Assembly (NCBI GenBank): GCA_026770705.1
Contig: JANJGN010000140.1
Coordinates: 1-64,000 of the forward strand
Direction: 5' to 3'
Length of the DNA stretch: 64,000 nucleotides
DNA from: Isurus oxyrinchus
Taxonomy: Eukaryota
In this document: positions 24,901 through 37,570 of the stretch, one piece after another
Numbering within the stretch: the stretch's first letter is position 1
Layout: every line of letters starts with the position of its first letter
Notes under the pieces: model-generated
What the model saw: the letters and a program-made list of their open reading frames with translations, nothing else
Databases searched by the model: none
Told to the model about the DNA's origin: nothing
Translations under genes and position numbers: made by a program

Positions 24901-26374
24901 GGGCCTGGGCGCAGGAGGGGCTAGAGCGCTAACCCTACACCCGGAAAGATGGAAGGTAAGTCGAAACCGCTGTTAACTTGAGAATCAGGCATTGTGCCGA
25001 GCCGTGCACCACTGGAACAGACAGACACCTGAACACATCAGCAGCTACCTGCGTGTAAATGAACAATGGGCAAGTTCCATGTTTCTGCCTTTATGTGCAA
25101 CTCTAACTGAGCATGATAAGGTTATAGTGATAGGCAACGTTTAGATATGTACCAAAAAGCTGCAAAATTTGCATTCTGCTCAGTGCGAGATGAAACGTGG
25201 TGAAGGGGAAATTCAAATAGAACCAAGCGTTCCTGACATTGGAGAGGCATAAAATCGGGGACCTGCGTTGGAGTATCCATTTGAAGCCCTGGGGATCGCC
25301 AGACTGGTGTCAATACGAAAGATTTTTCTATTCGATCCGGCCCAAAAACGGTTCCTGCCTCATGGGAGTCAAAGGATATCGGGGGCAGGAGGGAATGTGG
25401 CGCTGAGGCCGTAATGAGATCGGCCATGATCTTATCAAATGGCGAAGAAGGCTAGATGGGCCGAATGGCTTGTCTCTGCTCCTGATTCGTTTGTTTGTAT
25501 GTCCCTGAAACATTCGCCCAAGGCTACTGAATTAATAGTTTAGTGGGATAGCCACTATGGTTACCTTCTATTCATTGCTGTTACAGGGCACAGATCGGCA
25601 CGCTCCATACTTCAGCCGCCCAAACGTCAGAATTCACCTGGGAGTGAAGATAAATGTCAGGGTAAAATTGGTTTTTCCTGTTGCTCAGAGAAAGAGAGGT
25701 TCCAAGCAAAATTCAAACCATGCCGGATGTTTTCTTCAATCATTGTGCACTGTCCCAAAGAAGAATTTCAGCGCCAATTTGACTCTCTTGGGGATTGAAT
25801 TGCCTTTTGGCCAATGGGGGGTGAAGAGTGGGAAAAGAACTACGGACATGATTCTGGTTACATCTAGCGGTCCAGACTAACGGCTTTTAATTATTTTAAA
25901 CAACGATTGCTCTGGGTCCGAACTGCAGCCCCGCCTCTTCATTAGGGTCACAGGGCCTGAAAATTATCGCTCCCATTTTGAGGCCCTCTAAAGGCAAGTG
26001 GTATTCATGAAAATCGCCTCATCTTTATTTTATTGATCCAAATTATATCACCTTGGACACCAGCAATTTGTTGATTTAATTAATGCCATCAGAATGTTAA
26101 AGAATGTCATGCATCCACACTTACAGGTAGCATCGCCACCGGGATCTGAGATACATGATCCACTCCAGGGGGCTGCTCAGCACTGAGTACCAAAAAATTA
26201 CTGAAAGTTTTCTTGTTTACATATCCAGCTGGACGATGTGTGATGACCTGGGAGGTGATCATTGCCATGCTATATATACGTGGTCATTTGCTCTTACAGC
26301 TGCAGATTTACATATGGCACCAGGTGTGCTCCATTCACGCTGCGGTGTGATTGATGTCTTTCGGGAAGATCAGA

Positions 26375-26820
26375 TAGGTTTGTGTACAAGAACACCAGAG
26401 ATAGAAGCAGCAGAAGACCATGCAGCACGCCGAGCCAGCTCCTCCGTTAAATGAAATCATGGCTGATCCAGGGCTTCTATCCGCTTTCCGCCGGGTCCAC
26501 ATGTCATTTGACTCTCTGAGACGTCAGAAATCTGTCTATTCAAATCTGAAATTTTCTCAACAATGAAACATCCACAGACATCTGGGTATAGAAATGCAAA
26601 AATGCACAAAATGTCTGCTAATCTCCATCCGAAATGATCGCTCTCTTATCCCGAGTCTGTTCCTGGATGCTTTAGATTTTCCAGCCAGCGGGAAAACCCT
26701 CCGCATGTCTATCCCGTCAAGCCCCTTGAGAATAGGGTTTGTTTCCATGAGATTACCTCTCATTCTTCTAAATTCCTGAAAATATAAGACGAAGTTATTT
26801 CGCCTTTCATCGTCGGGCAA
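26375..26820 (-). mobile_element. CR1-like LINE 3' fragment
   Basis: ORF 26557-26820 EFRRMRGNLMET..ILKGLDGID..RVFPL. Confidence 0.8.
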
Positions 26821-27468
26821 TAAACATCATACTTCAGCAAGAAATGAAACGTAGACATATGGCCTCCAAACTAGCATTTGGTTCTCCTCCAATTGCATAC
26901 ACCCGACACGTCCTGCTTCCTAAACATCCTCCAGTGGAATCCTAACGAGCCAGTTTAAACAATGTCACAGTGTACATTTCAACAACAGAAAGATAATTAG
27001 TATGTCTACTGTATTTAGAGGAAATGCCCTGTAACATGACGGAATATCCAAAAGTTGAGTGCCAAATATTACAAGTAACCTCGAGGCCTTCAGCTATTAT
27101 GTCCTAAGCCCTCTTAAATTCACTCCCTAAAACTCTCCGCCTCTCTACTGCACTCTCTTCCTTAAAACATCCCTTAAACCTATCTCATTCTCATCCTTTT
27201 TCGTCATTTGGCATAATTTCTCCTTATGTGGTTGGATGTCAAATTTTGATGTATCACTCCCCTGTCATGCGTTTGGGCTACTTTTTTACGTTAAAGGCGC
27301 TACATAAATGCAGCCTATCCGTGTTGTTTATGTTGAAATAGAGATGACATTGAAAAGATATTAATCATTGACTTGGTTGTCTTCTACAAACGAGGATGAA
27401 GTATCAAAAGCCTGTAACATTCACGTCCCTGCTTGAACATTACAATGTTAATTTTGTTTTTCTCTCAG

Positions 27469-28361
27469 TTAACGTGGTGGCGATTGTGATCTATCCTGAG
27501 GAAGGTGTGGCCTCTCCAAATGTATCACTCAGTGCCTGGTGTCCATGGCAGTGATGGATCTCCTAGTTGTTGTGAGCGCTGTGATATTCAATTGGACCAT
27601 TGGCATTTATGTTCCCGTTAGTTTTATGGCCATGCCTCCAGCCTGCGCTAATCTACTCAGCCATGAAGAGTTCTGTCCGGTTAACCGTCGCTTTCACCTT
27701 TGAACGATACATTGCCATTTGCTTCCAAAAGCTGAAAACAAATTATTGCACCGAGAGAGTGGCGGCTGTGGTTATAGAAACTGTCAGTCTGTTAAGCTGT
27801 TTAAAAAGTGTTCCCTGGTACTTTATGTATGAGCCACTCTATATAATGAACAATGTACCGTGGTTTTGTAATGTAATATCAAGCTTCTACGCTTCACTCG
27901 CATGGACAGCCTATGATTGGTTTGCAGGTGTTTTAAATCCAGGTCTGCCATTCCTCCTGATCCTGTTGTTCAATGCTCTGACCGTCAGGCACATCCCTGC
28001 GACCAATGCAGGCCACAGGAGACTCCGGGCTCACAGCAGCGGAGAGAAGCAGAGTGATCCAGAGATGGAGAACCGGAGAAAATCAATTGTTTTACTCTTT
28101 ACCACCTTGGGAAGCTTCATCCTGTTGTGGATGACGTATGTTGTAGATTTCCTGTCTGTGAAAATTACAAACGAACCTTATTTCACAGGTTCCAATTTTG
28201 ATGACCCCAAATTCATTCGCCAAGAAAGTGGAAACATGCTTCAGCTCCTGAGCTGCTGCACCAACACGTGTATTTATGCAGTGAGCCAGAGAAAATTCAG
28301 AGAAGAGCTGAAAAATGCAGCAAAGTATCCTTAGAATCTAATTGTGAAGTTAGTAAACTAG
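27469..28361 (+). pseudogene. Class A GPCR pseudogene, GPR139/GPR142-like (main coding exon)
   Basis: Acceptor ttctctcag; VNVVAIVI..RGRCGLSKCIT..LVSMAVMDLL; LTVAFTFERYIAIC; DPEMENRRKSIVLLF; LSCCTNTCIYAVSQRKFREELK; frameshift and TGA near 27490-27500, second frameshift ~27648, early TAG 28332. Confidence 0.8.
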
Positions 28362-28619
28362 GAAAGTCACAGGCTTGAGTTTCAGACACTCGTCAAAATG
28401 TATATTTTTATCTATGCGTTTTTCTCCCTGACATGTGGGGTGAAAATGGTCTTGTACAGCCGTGTAAAACGGGCTCTAAACAACCTGCCACCAGTTTGCA
28501 TCCTGTTTCACTGACATGTCAAGTGAAGAAAATCGGACTGGATGTAAAATCCACAGCCGGTTTGTGATCGCCAGGCTTGTGTGACTAGCCCCTCCAATCC
28601 TGTTCCGCCCTCCTTTAGA

Positions 28620-30270
28620 GGTTTCTCCATAAGAAGATAAGAAATGGGAATAGGGAGGGCCATGTAATTCCTTCAGCCTGCACTTCATTTAATACAATCA
28701 TGACCGAACTTCAATATCAAAGCTACGATTCTGCTCTGTCCCTTCATCCACTGATTCCCTTAGTGCCCCAAACTCCATCAGCTTCAAACTTGAATATGCT
28801 CAGTAACTGAATGCCCACAGTCCGCTCTCATAGAGAATCCAAACATTGGCAACTCTTAAATTTCTCATCATTCAAGTCCCACATTCCTTATGCTGAAACT
28901 ATGACCCTATCTAGATGAAGAAACACCTTCTCGGTGTCTGCTTGTCAAGTTCCCAAAGAAATTGAAACATTTCAATGAGATCACTTCTCATGCTCCGAAA
29001 CTCTGAGACTAGAGGCCCATTCTACTCAATCTTCACCCTGTCTCCCTGGCACAAAACAGATCTGTCCCAGTTCCTTCCTCCGGATCCTGAAGGATAGTGT
29101 AACCTGGTGGATTTTCAGGTCAGTGAAGTTCACAAATGAACTCCTGAAATTGCAATACATTACTTGGTGATGTACATTTACATGGGCCATTAAAGTATTT
29201 CAAACGAATGTGCTAACAGCTGTCAGGAATCATTTACACACTAATCTCAAGCCTTCAAGAAGGAAATTTACCAGCGGCAGATATGTCTTCCTGTGAATAT
29301 TCCAAGTTCTCTTTAAGGAAACATAATTGCCCTGTACTCCCGCTATTCCCTCCTTGGATGTCGCCCACTGCTCTGACAGTTTTCCCTGCTCGTAGCTGCT
29401 TCCAGTCCACTTGGGCGAAATCGTATCTCATCTTTGTAAAGTCAGCCTTTCTCCAGTTTAGAACTTTTATTCCAGGCCCAAGCTTATACGTTTCCACATA
29501 TATCCTAAATCTAACTGAGCAATGATCATTATCCATAAAATGCTCCCCTACTTTCCGCCTGCCCGAGCTCATTTCCGAACATTAGGTCCAGAACTGCCCC
29601 GTTTCCTTGTTAGGTTTTTTACATACTGGCCAAAAAATGTTCTCCTGGATGCAGCTTAAGAATTTTGCTCCCTCCCTAACTTGCATACCTAAACTCTCCC
29701 AGTTAAAATTTGGGTAGTATAAATCCTCTACTATTGCTGCCTTATTGTTCTTACACTGCTCTGAAATTTGATTGAATATTCAATTCTTTATCTCTCCCTA
29801 ACTATTTGGGGGCGTAAACTCCACAACCAGCAGCGTGTTTGCCCCTTTTACCTTATTTGATGATCCCTCCAGGATATTATCCCTCCTCACTGCTAAAATT
29901 GATTTCTAGATCAGTATTGGGACCCGCCACCTTCTTTTATCCCTCTCTCGATCTCGTCTGAATACCTGAGAACCAAAAATGTTGAGCTGCCAATCCTGCC
30001 CTTCTTTTAGCCAAGTCTAATTCATAACTATGATATCGTACTCCCACGTACCTATCTGTGCCCTCAGCTCGTCTGTCTTATTCCTCAGGCTCCATGCATT
30101 AAAATATATTCAATTTAGCCTTGCTAAACTCACTTCTTTCTTATCTAGCCTATGATCTCTCTGCCTTCCAGATCACTTACTATCGTTTTAACTTCTAATT
30201 CCATCTCAGCTTGTCTCCCCATTGAACTACGTTTCAGGATCCCATCACCCTGCCAATTTAGTTTAAATCC
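28620..30270 (-). mobile_element. CR1-like LINE fragments (3' end and endonuclease region)
   Basis: ORF 29255-29572 GEHFMDNDHCSVRF..KVLNWRKADF..MRYDFAQVDW. Confidence 0.75.
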
Positions 30271-30556
30271 AATTCAATTTAAATCCATTCATCGCTACAT
30301 TGAGGGACATTCCTGAAAGATCACAACAAAGCACAACACTCAATAAGAAGAGGTCAGGAACATTTGCAGAATTAGATTAGATGATTTCAATTCGTATTTA
30401 TAATATAACCGAACTTTATAAGTTTATTTACTTCAATTTACATAATGTATTTTACTGCAGTATCTTTGCCTGACTGTCATATTTAGCAACCCTTCCCCAC
30501 CTCCCCTGTCAGTGTCCTCCATCCTTTGGCCACGGCCTGTTCACGGACTTCATTCA

Positions 30557-31311
30557 GAACCATAGAACCATAGGAAAGGTACAGCACAGAAGGAGGACAT
30601 TCGGCTCATCTTGTCCATTCCAGCCCGAGGACACCCAGGTGCCCTTTCTAATCCCAACTTTCTGCACCTGGCCCATAGGCCGGCAGCTTACAGCACTAAA
30701 GGCGCAGATCCAGGTACTTTTAAAAAGAGTTTAGACTTTCTGCCTGGACCACCAACTTGGGCAGCGAATTCCAGACACCCACTACCATCTGCGTAAAAAA
30801 GTTTTTCCTTATGTCCCCCCTACATCTTCTGCCACTTATCCTGAATCTATCTTCCCTGGTTCTCGAAGTCTCCATCAAGGGAAACAACTTTATCCTGTCC
30901 ACTGTATCTATTCCCCTCATTATTTTGTACACCTCAATCAACTCACCTCTTAGCCTTCTTGGTTCTAAGGAAAGTAACCCCCAATCTATCCAATCTCTCC
31001 TCGTAACTACACTTTTCTAACCCTGGCAACATTCTTGTAAACCTCCTCTGCACTCTCTCCAGAGCTATTACGTCCTTCCTGTAATGTGGTGATCAAAACG
31101 GCACACAATACTCCAGTTGTGGCCTCACCAGTGTTTTCTATAATTCAAACATTATATCTTTACTTTTATATTCTATACCTCTGCCAATGAAGGAGAACAT
31201 TCCATATGCCTTATTTACAACCGTGTCTGCTTGAACTGCTGCCTTCAGGGAACTGTGTACTTGTACACCAATATCTCTCACTTCATCTACCCCTCTCAGT
31301 ATATTCCAATT
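30557..31311 (-). mobile_element. CR1-like LINE inserted after segmental duplication
   Basis: LIEVYKIMRGIDTVDRIKLFPL..SRTR; AGAACCAT tail; absent from paralogous site ~57195. Confidence 0.88.
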
Positions 31312-31906
31312 TAAGCAGGGTGTGTTGCTGAGTCAGAGAGTATTTATACAAAATGAACAGATTTCACAAGGTAGTGCCTGTGATCTTTAAAGCAAACCCC
31401 ACATGTAGATGATCCTTAGAATATTTCCTTAATGCTGGAATGTTTTCTGTCACCATTAACAATCCAGAGTTTGCTGGCGACAACAAACAGACCAGGATTA
31501 CACCCCGCTCCCCACGCCCTCCCCCCCAGCCCCATCTCCACAAGTGCAGCCATTCTCCTATTAGGCCACTGACCGTAGTCCAGCTCGCGGTGTTTCCAGT
31601 CAGTGTCAGTCAGCTCACGACCGATGGATCTCCCAGGCCCACGGAGCCACAAGGAAGTGAAGAGAGAGCATCCTGAGACACGACAGCAAATTATTGGGGG
31701 TGGGGATTAGAATGCGTGTCTTCGAATCTGATTCTGTGATCGTCTCTAGGTCGAATTGGATTCTACAGTTTGTTTTCCGGGCGCTTCTGGAAACAATTGA
31801 TGACAGTTAGATCCGGGTTAATTTGGCTTCCTCTTGGTGTGTGTTTGAGCGGATGACAGCGTCGGTGCACCTTGCAGACTGGAACTCCTTTCCACAGCCT
31901 GAACGC

Positions 31907-32411
31907 AGTTTTTGTACAGGGGTGAGACTGCTTTCCATCACCGTGAGTCTAAGAGTGCAGTAATATACGGCAGCGTCAGTCAGCCGCAGACTCCAGATGG
32001 TCAAGCTGGTGAATTTGCTCGCGGTTTGGAGCTTGACTGAGAAACGGCTTTTGGCAAAATCAGCTTTATCTTCAGCACCGGCCGAGTGTTTCCACAATAT
32101 AAACTCGGGCTGCGAATCTGGGTGTTTCCGGTGCCAGTATAAATAATAGCAGCTCGTTGTAGTGTCATAGGTACAGCTTAAAGTCACCGCATCTCCTTCT
32201 GTTTTTACACCTGAGGACAGCAGCTGAGTGACAGAATCTCCATGACTCAGATCTGAAAAACATGTCCAAGCTGAAAAAGATCAGGTCGAGGACTGGTTAA
32301 AATTCACGTTTAAATAATTCTTGAAAAATGAGAGAAAATATAAAATACGTGTGGTCCACAGTTATCTGTCAGAAATGCTCCCCAAACAACCCAGATGCGG
32401 AGTAGCCGCAT
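31907..32411 (-). pseudogene. TCR delta/alpha V with open V exon (32252-31946) but dead leader splice donor; 23-RSS 31907-31945
   Basis: Leader MRLLRIWVVWGAFLT followed by AT rather than GT (32365-32364); DSVTQ..VTLSCTYDTTTSCYYLYWHRKHP..DAAVYYCTLRL; CACGGTG-23-ACAAAAACT. Confidence 0.85.
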
Positions 32412-33866
32412 TGTCGCTGTCCGCTCTGTGAAAGGGGAGTTGGTTATTTGAAGATACCCGTTCTAAACCCCAGCCTTAATAATCTGCTGTCCTGTCTCAG
32501 GATGTTCTCATCTCAGTACCTGTGCCCCCAGTGGTGATGTCTGGACGCCAGTTGGTGAGCTGGCTCCCAATGCATTGAAACATCCCGAACTGGGCTACAG
32601 TCAGTGTTCTTATAGGCAAAATGGTTTCGCAGTTAGACACGTGAGGCAGGAGACTGAAACCCTTGTTTAGTTACTGTAACCGGGAACATAAAGTTGCTGA
32701 TAGTGTTTGTTATTCTGGCGTGAATCCTTCAGCTCCAGTTCCAGTAGTCTTACCAACAGGACACAGGTAACCGTGACTCCAGTGAGGTTTCCCTCCTCAA
32801 TCAATAAAATAGTGAACTAACAATCATTTCGCATTTTTCCAGAGTGGTTTTTAGATTCGTTATGTTGAAAGATGATATCTGCTGTTACTGAACATACAAC
32901 TGAGTAAAATAAATAATAAACTCTGGCTGTAATTTAATCAATGTTACCAGAACTGCCCTCTTTTTTAAAGTTTGCATTTAAAATTCTGTTTCAGTTTGTT
33001 CTATTGAATTCTGACATCAGTTGTGTCCGTGATGATTAATCTAAGCATCCATAATCTACAAAATTAGAGGATTAGAATTTGTGACGAGAGAGAATTTGGG
33101 GTCCGGCGCATCTGTGCTTTTTTTTGCAATTTGCCTCTCATCAGTTTAAAGTGTTTGGGAACAGAGCGCAGCAAGCGGGTTCAAAGCCTCCAGAGTGAAG
33201 TGTCGAGCGCGTTTTCATGAACAGGAACACAACACCAGCAGGACTGTTTTTACAACTTTAGCAGGGTTAGGAAAAAGCAGTGGAGCAGAAAAAGAAATAA
33301 ACCACATAAATTTTTAGTTTGTCTTGCGTTCCTTTAACACCCATTTCCACCATTGGTGCAGTTAGAATTATTGCGATCGGACGCCCTCTTTTGGGCGCTC
33401 TGAGAAATTTTCGGGCGCCGTTCATCAGGTTACAAGAGATTCTGTGTTTCAGCACTGACCTGATGTGACAATTCATTGTCGTATTGTTCGTTTGAGCGGT
33501 CCCGACATAATATTCTGAGCAGAAGCAAAGGTTTTATATAATTAAACTAAAGGCTGCAACAAGGATGGGGGAAGTGTCCTGAGCAAAAAGTGAAGACAAG
33601 CCATGAAAGGCAAGGGAAAGGCAAAATACATTAAAAGGCAAAAGGCCAGTTCAGGTTCGACAGGTGTATCTGTAAATTTTATTTTTATTATAGGTGTGAG
33701 CTTTTGAAATAATTTTACAAGTGGAACTCGCCTGTTCTTGTTCAGTGTTGTGCTTCATTTCAGTTTTTAAAAATCCCTGTGAATCTCACGTGGTGGCTGA
33801 TTCAGTGCATTCGTTTTATTGGTGCGGCAGCGCCCTCTACTGACTCTAACCGGAACTCCCAGTGTG

Positions 33867-34363
33867 GGTTTTTGTACAGTATCCGCTGTACCTCTGCAGC
33901 ACTGTGGGTCTCATGGCACAGAAATACATGGCGGTGTCGGAGAACAGGGCATTGCTAGTCGTTAACTCAGTAGCTTTGGCAGCTTTACTAAACGTAGAAG
34001 AGAATTGGTCTGTAAAGTTTGGCTTCCGCTTTGCTATCCCCCCACAGAGGTAAATCACAAACTGTGGGGTCTGCCCGGCTGCTGACTGTAACACTGGGCT
34101 AGGATCGCTTGTTTTCAAGCTGCAGTTTATGGCGTCATTCCTTTCCTCTTTAACTGTCATTTCAGGTACCGACTGCTCCACTGAATCGTCATGACTCCAT
34201 TCTGACATAGACAATGACGATATTTAATGTTGCATCATCAGGACAAGCATTTTGCCATAAATAATGTTTGTGATACGGCAGCCAGGGGGAGAATTACTTT
34301 GTACTGGGAAATATACTGACTGAGAAGTGACATTATAACGAATGGTCTGAGATAGTCCCACAT
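33867..34363 (-). pseudogene. TCR V, open frame but lacking conserved Trp41; RSS 33867-33906
   Basis: Leader MWDYLRPFVIMSLL|gt 34363-34321; exon 34201-33907 INCSLKTSDPSPVLQSAAGQTPQFV...DTAMYFCAMR; CACAGTG-24-ACAAAAACC. Confidence 0.85.
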
Positions 34364-35215
34364 GATGCTCCCTGCATCTGTTACTCTGTTGTCCACAAAT
34401 CCTCTGTCAGGGTAGAAATAGAGGTCTCTTCCCCACTGGACTCCTGATCCAACCAATGTCAAACAGGGAAAAGCGGCAACAATCTCTCCAATGAAGCAGG
34501 GCAGCCAAGGCAGGTCAGAGCGAGAACAGCAGAAGGAAGCTGTGCGCGGGGCTACTGCAGGCAGCATTGTCACATGTAGAATTTATCTACAAGGAACTGA
34601 ACTCAATAATAATCATAGCATCGAAAATTATGTAACTATTCCTCTCTGTAAGAACTGTAGCTTAATCTTCATTCCATTTTGCTGGCCAGCAGGCTCGCAA
34701 AAGCAGAGTCAGAGTTAGTAAATTATTCAATAGTAAGCGTCATCTTCATCAGCGATGCGGATTGAAACCAGGACCGCATACATGAGCAACAGGTTTCGGA
34801 GTGGTTCTGAATTAATGTATAAGATATTAGAAAAAGCTTTAAACGTTTATATTAGTGAGGGAAAAAGGAAATGTATGCAGTTTTCAGAAAAGACTGAAGA
34901 CACGAATGATAAGAAACATTTAGGAAGGGAAAGGTGTCGAAAACCAAAAAGGGGAAATAAGGCATCGCAGACCGATTTTTCAATCTCATATCTAATAAAA
35001 ATATAACGTGCAATCACAAACCAATATGACTGTGCAAGTGGACCTCACCTGCTGCTGCTATTGAGTCCTGTGTTTTGTTGCAATTTTCAGAATCTCCCTG
35101 TTACTCTCACTGTGGAAACTGAATTACCGGTGTGTGCGCGCCCTCTGGTGAACACATGGTGGTACTGCCAGTGAGGGTTTTTGTACGGGATCCGCTATAT
35201 CTCTGCAGCAGTGTG

Positions 35216-35720
35216 GGCTCCATGGCACAGAAATACACGGCGCTGTCGGGTGTCAATGTGTTACTGATCGTTAGCTCGGTAATCTTGTTATTTTTATTCA
35301 ACGTGGAAGAAAACCGATCATTGAGGTGGGTGTCCCTTTGCACACTCTGGCCAATAAGACGAAACATGTACATTGGAGGTTTCCCGGGGCGCTGACTGTA
35401 CCAGTGTGCATAAGGGTTAGAATCACTTGTTTTGAAGGTGCAAGTTAGTGTGACATTACTTTCCTCTTCAGCAGTTATTTCGTCAACCGGCTGCTGCACT
35501 GTGTCTTGATGACTCCATTCTAACAGAAATAATAATAAAAACGACAATCAGTATCAGCCCCATACTAATCAACATAATCATCATCAACACCATCATTATT
35601 ATTTTACCAACAATAACATCTGGGTAGTAGCAGCTAGGAGGAGAATGGAGTTTTACTGGGAAGGAAACACTTACTGACAAGTGACATAAAGATGAGGATA
35701 GGAGCGAGACTGTTCCCCAT
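35216..35720 (-). CDS. TCR alpha/delta V, apparently functional (leader 35720-35675, V exon 35519-35216)
   Basis: MGNSLAPILIFMSLV|gtaagt; WSHQDTVQQP..VTLTCTFKTSDSNPYAHWYSQRPGKPP...DSAVYFCAME; RSS CACACTG-24-ACAAAAACC at 35176-35215. Confidence 0.92.
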
Positions 35721-37009
35721 GATACTTCCTGAGTCAGTAACTCTGCAGAGCGAGAGGTCCTCTGTCGGAGCAGAAATACATATCCCCGTTCCACTGCACT
35801 GCTGATCCAGCCAATGACAGGAATGGACCAGCAGCAACAACCTCTCCAATAACACAATCAGGTCAGAGCGACAGCAGCAACCGGAAGCTGTGGGTGGTGA
35901 TACTGTAGACTCAAAACTGAGCGAAATGTGCCGTGACTCTCAGCTGCACTCGGAACTCATGGAGCAGAAATAGTGATGGTTGAGTCCGCATAAGTCCCTG
36001 ACCATCCTGCACCTGCTCACTGTTCAAGTGACTGAGAAAAATAGTGGGAGGGACAGGAAAGGACTCGAATCATGGAATTTTAGAGCAAGCAACGGCTGAT
36101 AGGAACAAGCGTCCTAGGATGTGGAGGATGTTGTGTGAGTTGGACCTGCTTTCGGCTAGACAGCTGAAGAAGAGGATTTACGGAGAACAATCCCAGTTTC
36201 TCTGAGGCCCTTACCCATGGTACCATTCTGATGTATCGCTTTCACACTTCCTCCAAAGGCCTTACATTCATTTCTAATTCGTGATGCCCAGGATTGGACA
36301 CTGTAATGGGGCACCCCCTGGCAAAGCCAATATTTGCTGTCCGAGCCTAACTGTCCGAAAACTGCATATTTCTGAGTCAACCGCATTGCAATGGGTCTGG
36401 AGTCATATGTAGGCCAGATCAGATAAGGATCACAAATTTCCTTCCCTACATTCCTTACCACAACGGATGATAGTTTCATTGTCACTATTACTGAGATTGT
36501 TTTTATATTCCAGATTAATGAATTGAATTTAAATTCCTGCAGCTGCCATGGTGGGACTAGAACCCATGCTCCCAGAACACTTTCCTGGGCCTCTGAATTG
36601 TTAGACCAGTGATATTATTAATACTCCACTATGTCCCCACATTTGTCATCACTTTCTGGCATTAGCATGAGAAACAATACTGACAGTGTTTAATCAGGTC
36701 CAAATTAGACTTCTGAGAGATATTGTCTGACATTCGCGCTTTAACATGTAAATCAAGAAATCTAGTCAATGACCCCATTCTAAACCGGACTGAACAGAAT
36801 TCATCAGCAGAGGGCGCCAAGGGCATCGCAAATTCACGTGTCACCAACGGTAAAGCCAATAGGGACGGTTTCCAGAGTGAGGTCACAATGGGCCTGGCAC
36901 CCTGCAGTATGTGTGTGGAACAATGAGCTGAATAGATTGCGGGTGAGGGAACTCCTTCTCAACCTCTGACTCAGTCCATTCACATTCACTGACCGAGTTT
37001 CAATCAGAC

Positions 37010-37570
37010 ATGTTTCTGATAATACTAGCCGCTCTCTGGGACAGTAAACACTCGATTTTGGTAATCAAGACACGTTAGCAGATTGATGCAATTGCAGCTT
37101 GTACAGGAATTTAATGTTGTTTGCGATCCTATATTATGGATATTATGGTTAGTTGAGAGGTAGGAATTAATACAAATTCACACAGCTAGACACAGAATTA
37201 GATTGATCCTGTTTAATCTGCTGCTCTTTTGTTCCTCTTTCTATCACAGACGGACAATGTGCAGATCCAGTAACACAATATCCAATGACAATAACCGTGT
37301 CAGAAGGGGTTTGGTGAAGTTATATTGCAAATACAAAACCATGGATATACACCATAGCATCGGCAAAAAAAAAAGCCTCCAAGCTGGATCATTAGCAAAG
37401 CAACAACACTAAAGTGATTCGAAATCTCAGGACGATATCTGGTGGCTGCTGACAAGTCTAAACAGTCCAGTTACCTCAATATTAACTGCCTGAGTGTGGT
37501 GGGTGGGCCGGTCAATTACTATGCAGTGAGGCATAGCGTCAGATAAGAGCCAAGATTCCGTACAAAAACC
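37010..37570 (+). pseudogene. TCR V pseudogene (paralogue of 48.3k V)
   Basis: Leader MFLIILAALWD|gt; exon from 37250 with frameshifts, second Cys lost; CATAGCG-23-ACAAAAACC 37532-37570. Confidence 0.88.

Noticed and set aside
27600-28334. Intact 244-aa GPCR per ORF track
   Set aside because: N-terminus is out of frame with TM1-2; upstream frameshifts and stop indicate a pseudogene
32758-32787. J-like RTQVTVTP followed by GTGAGG (paralogue ~58635-58663)
   Set aside because: No F/W-G-x-G motif, no RSS heptamer, donor would be phase 0
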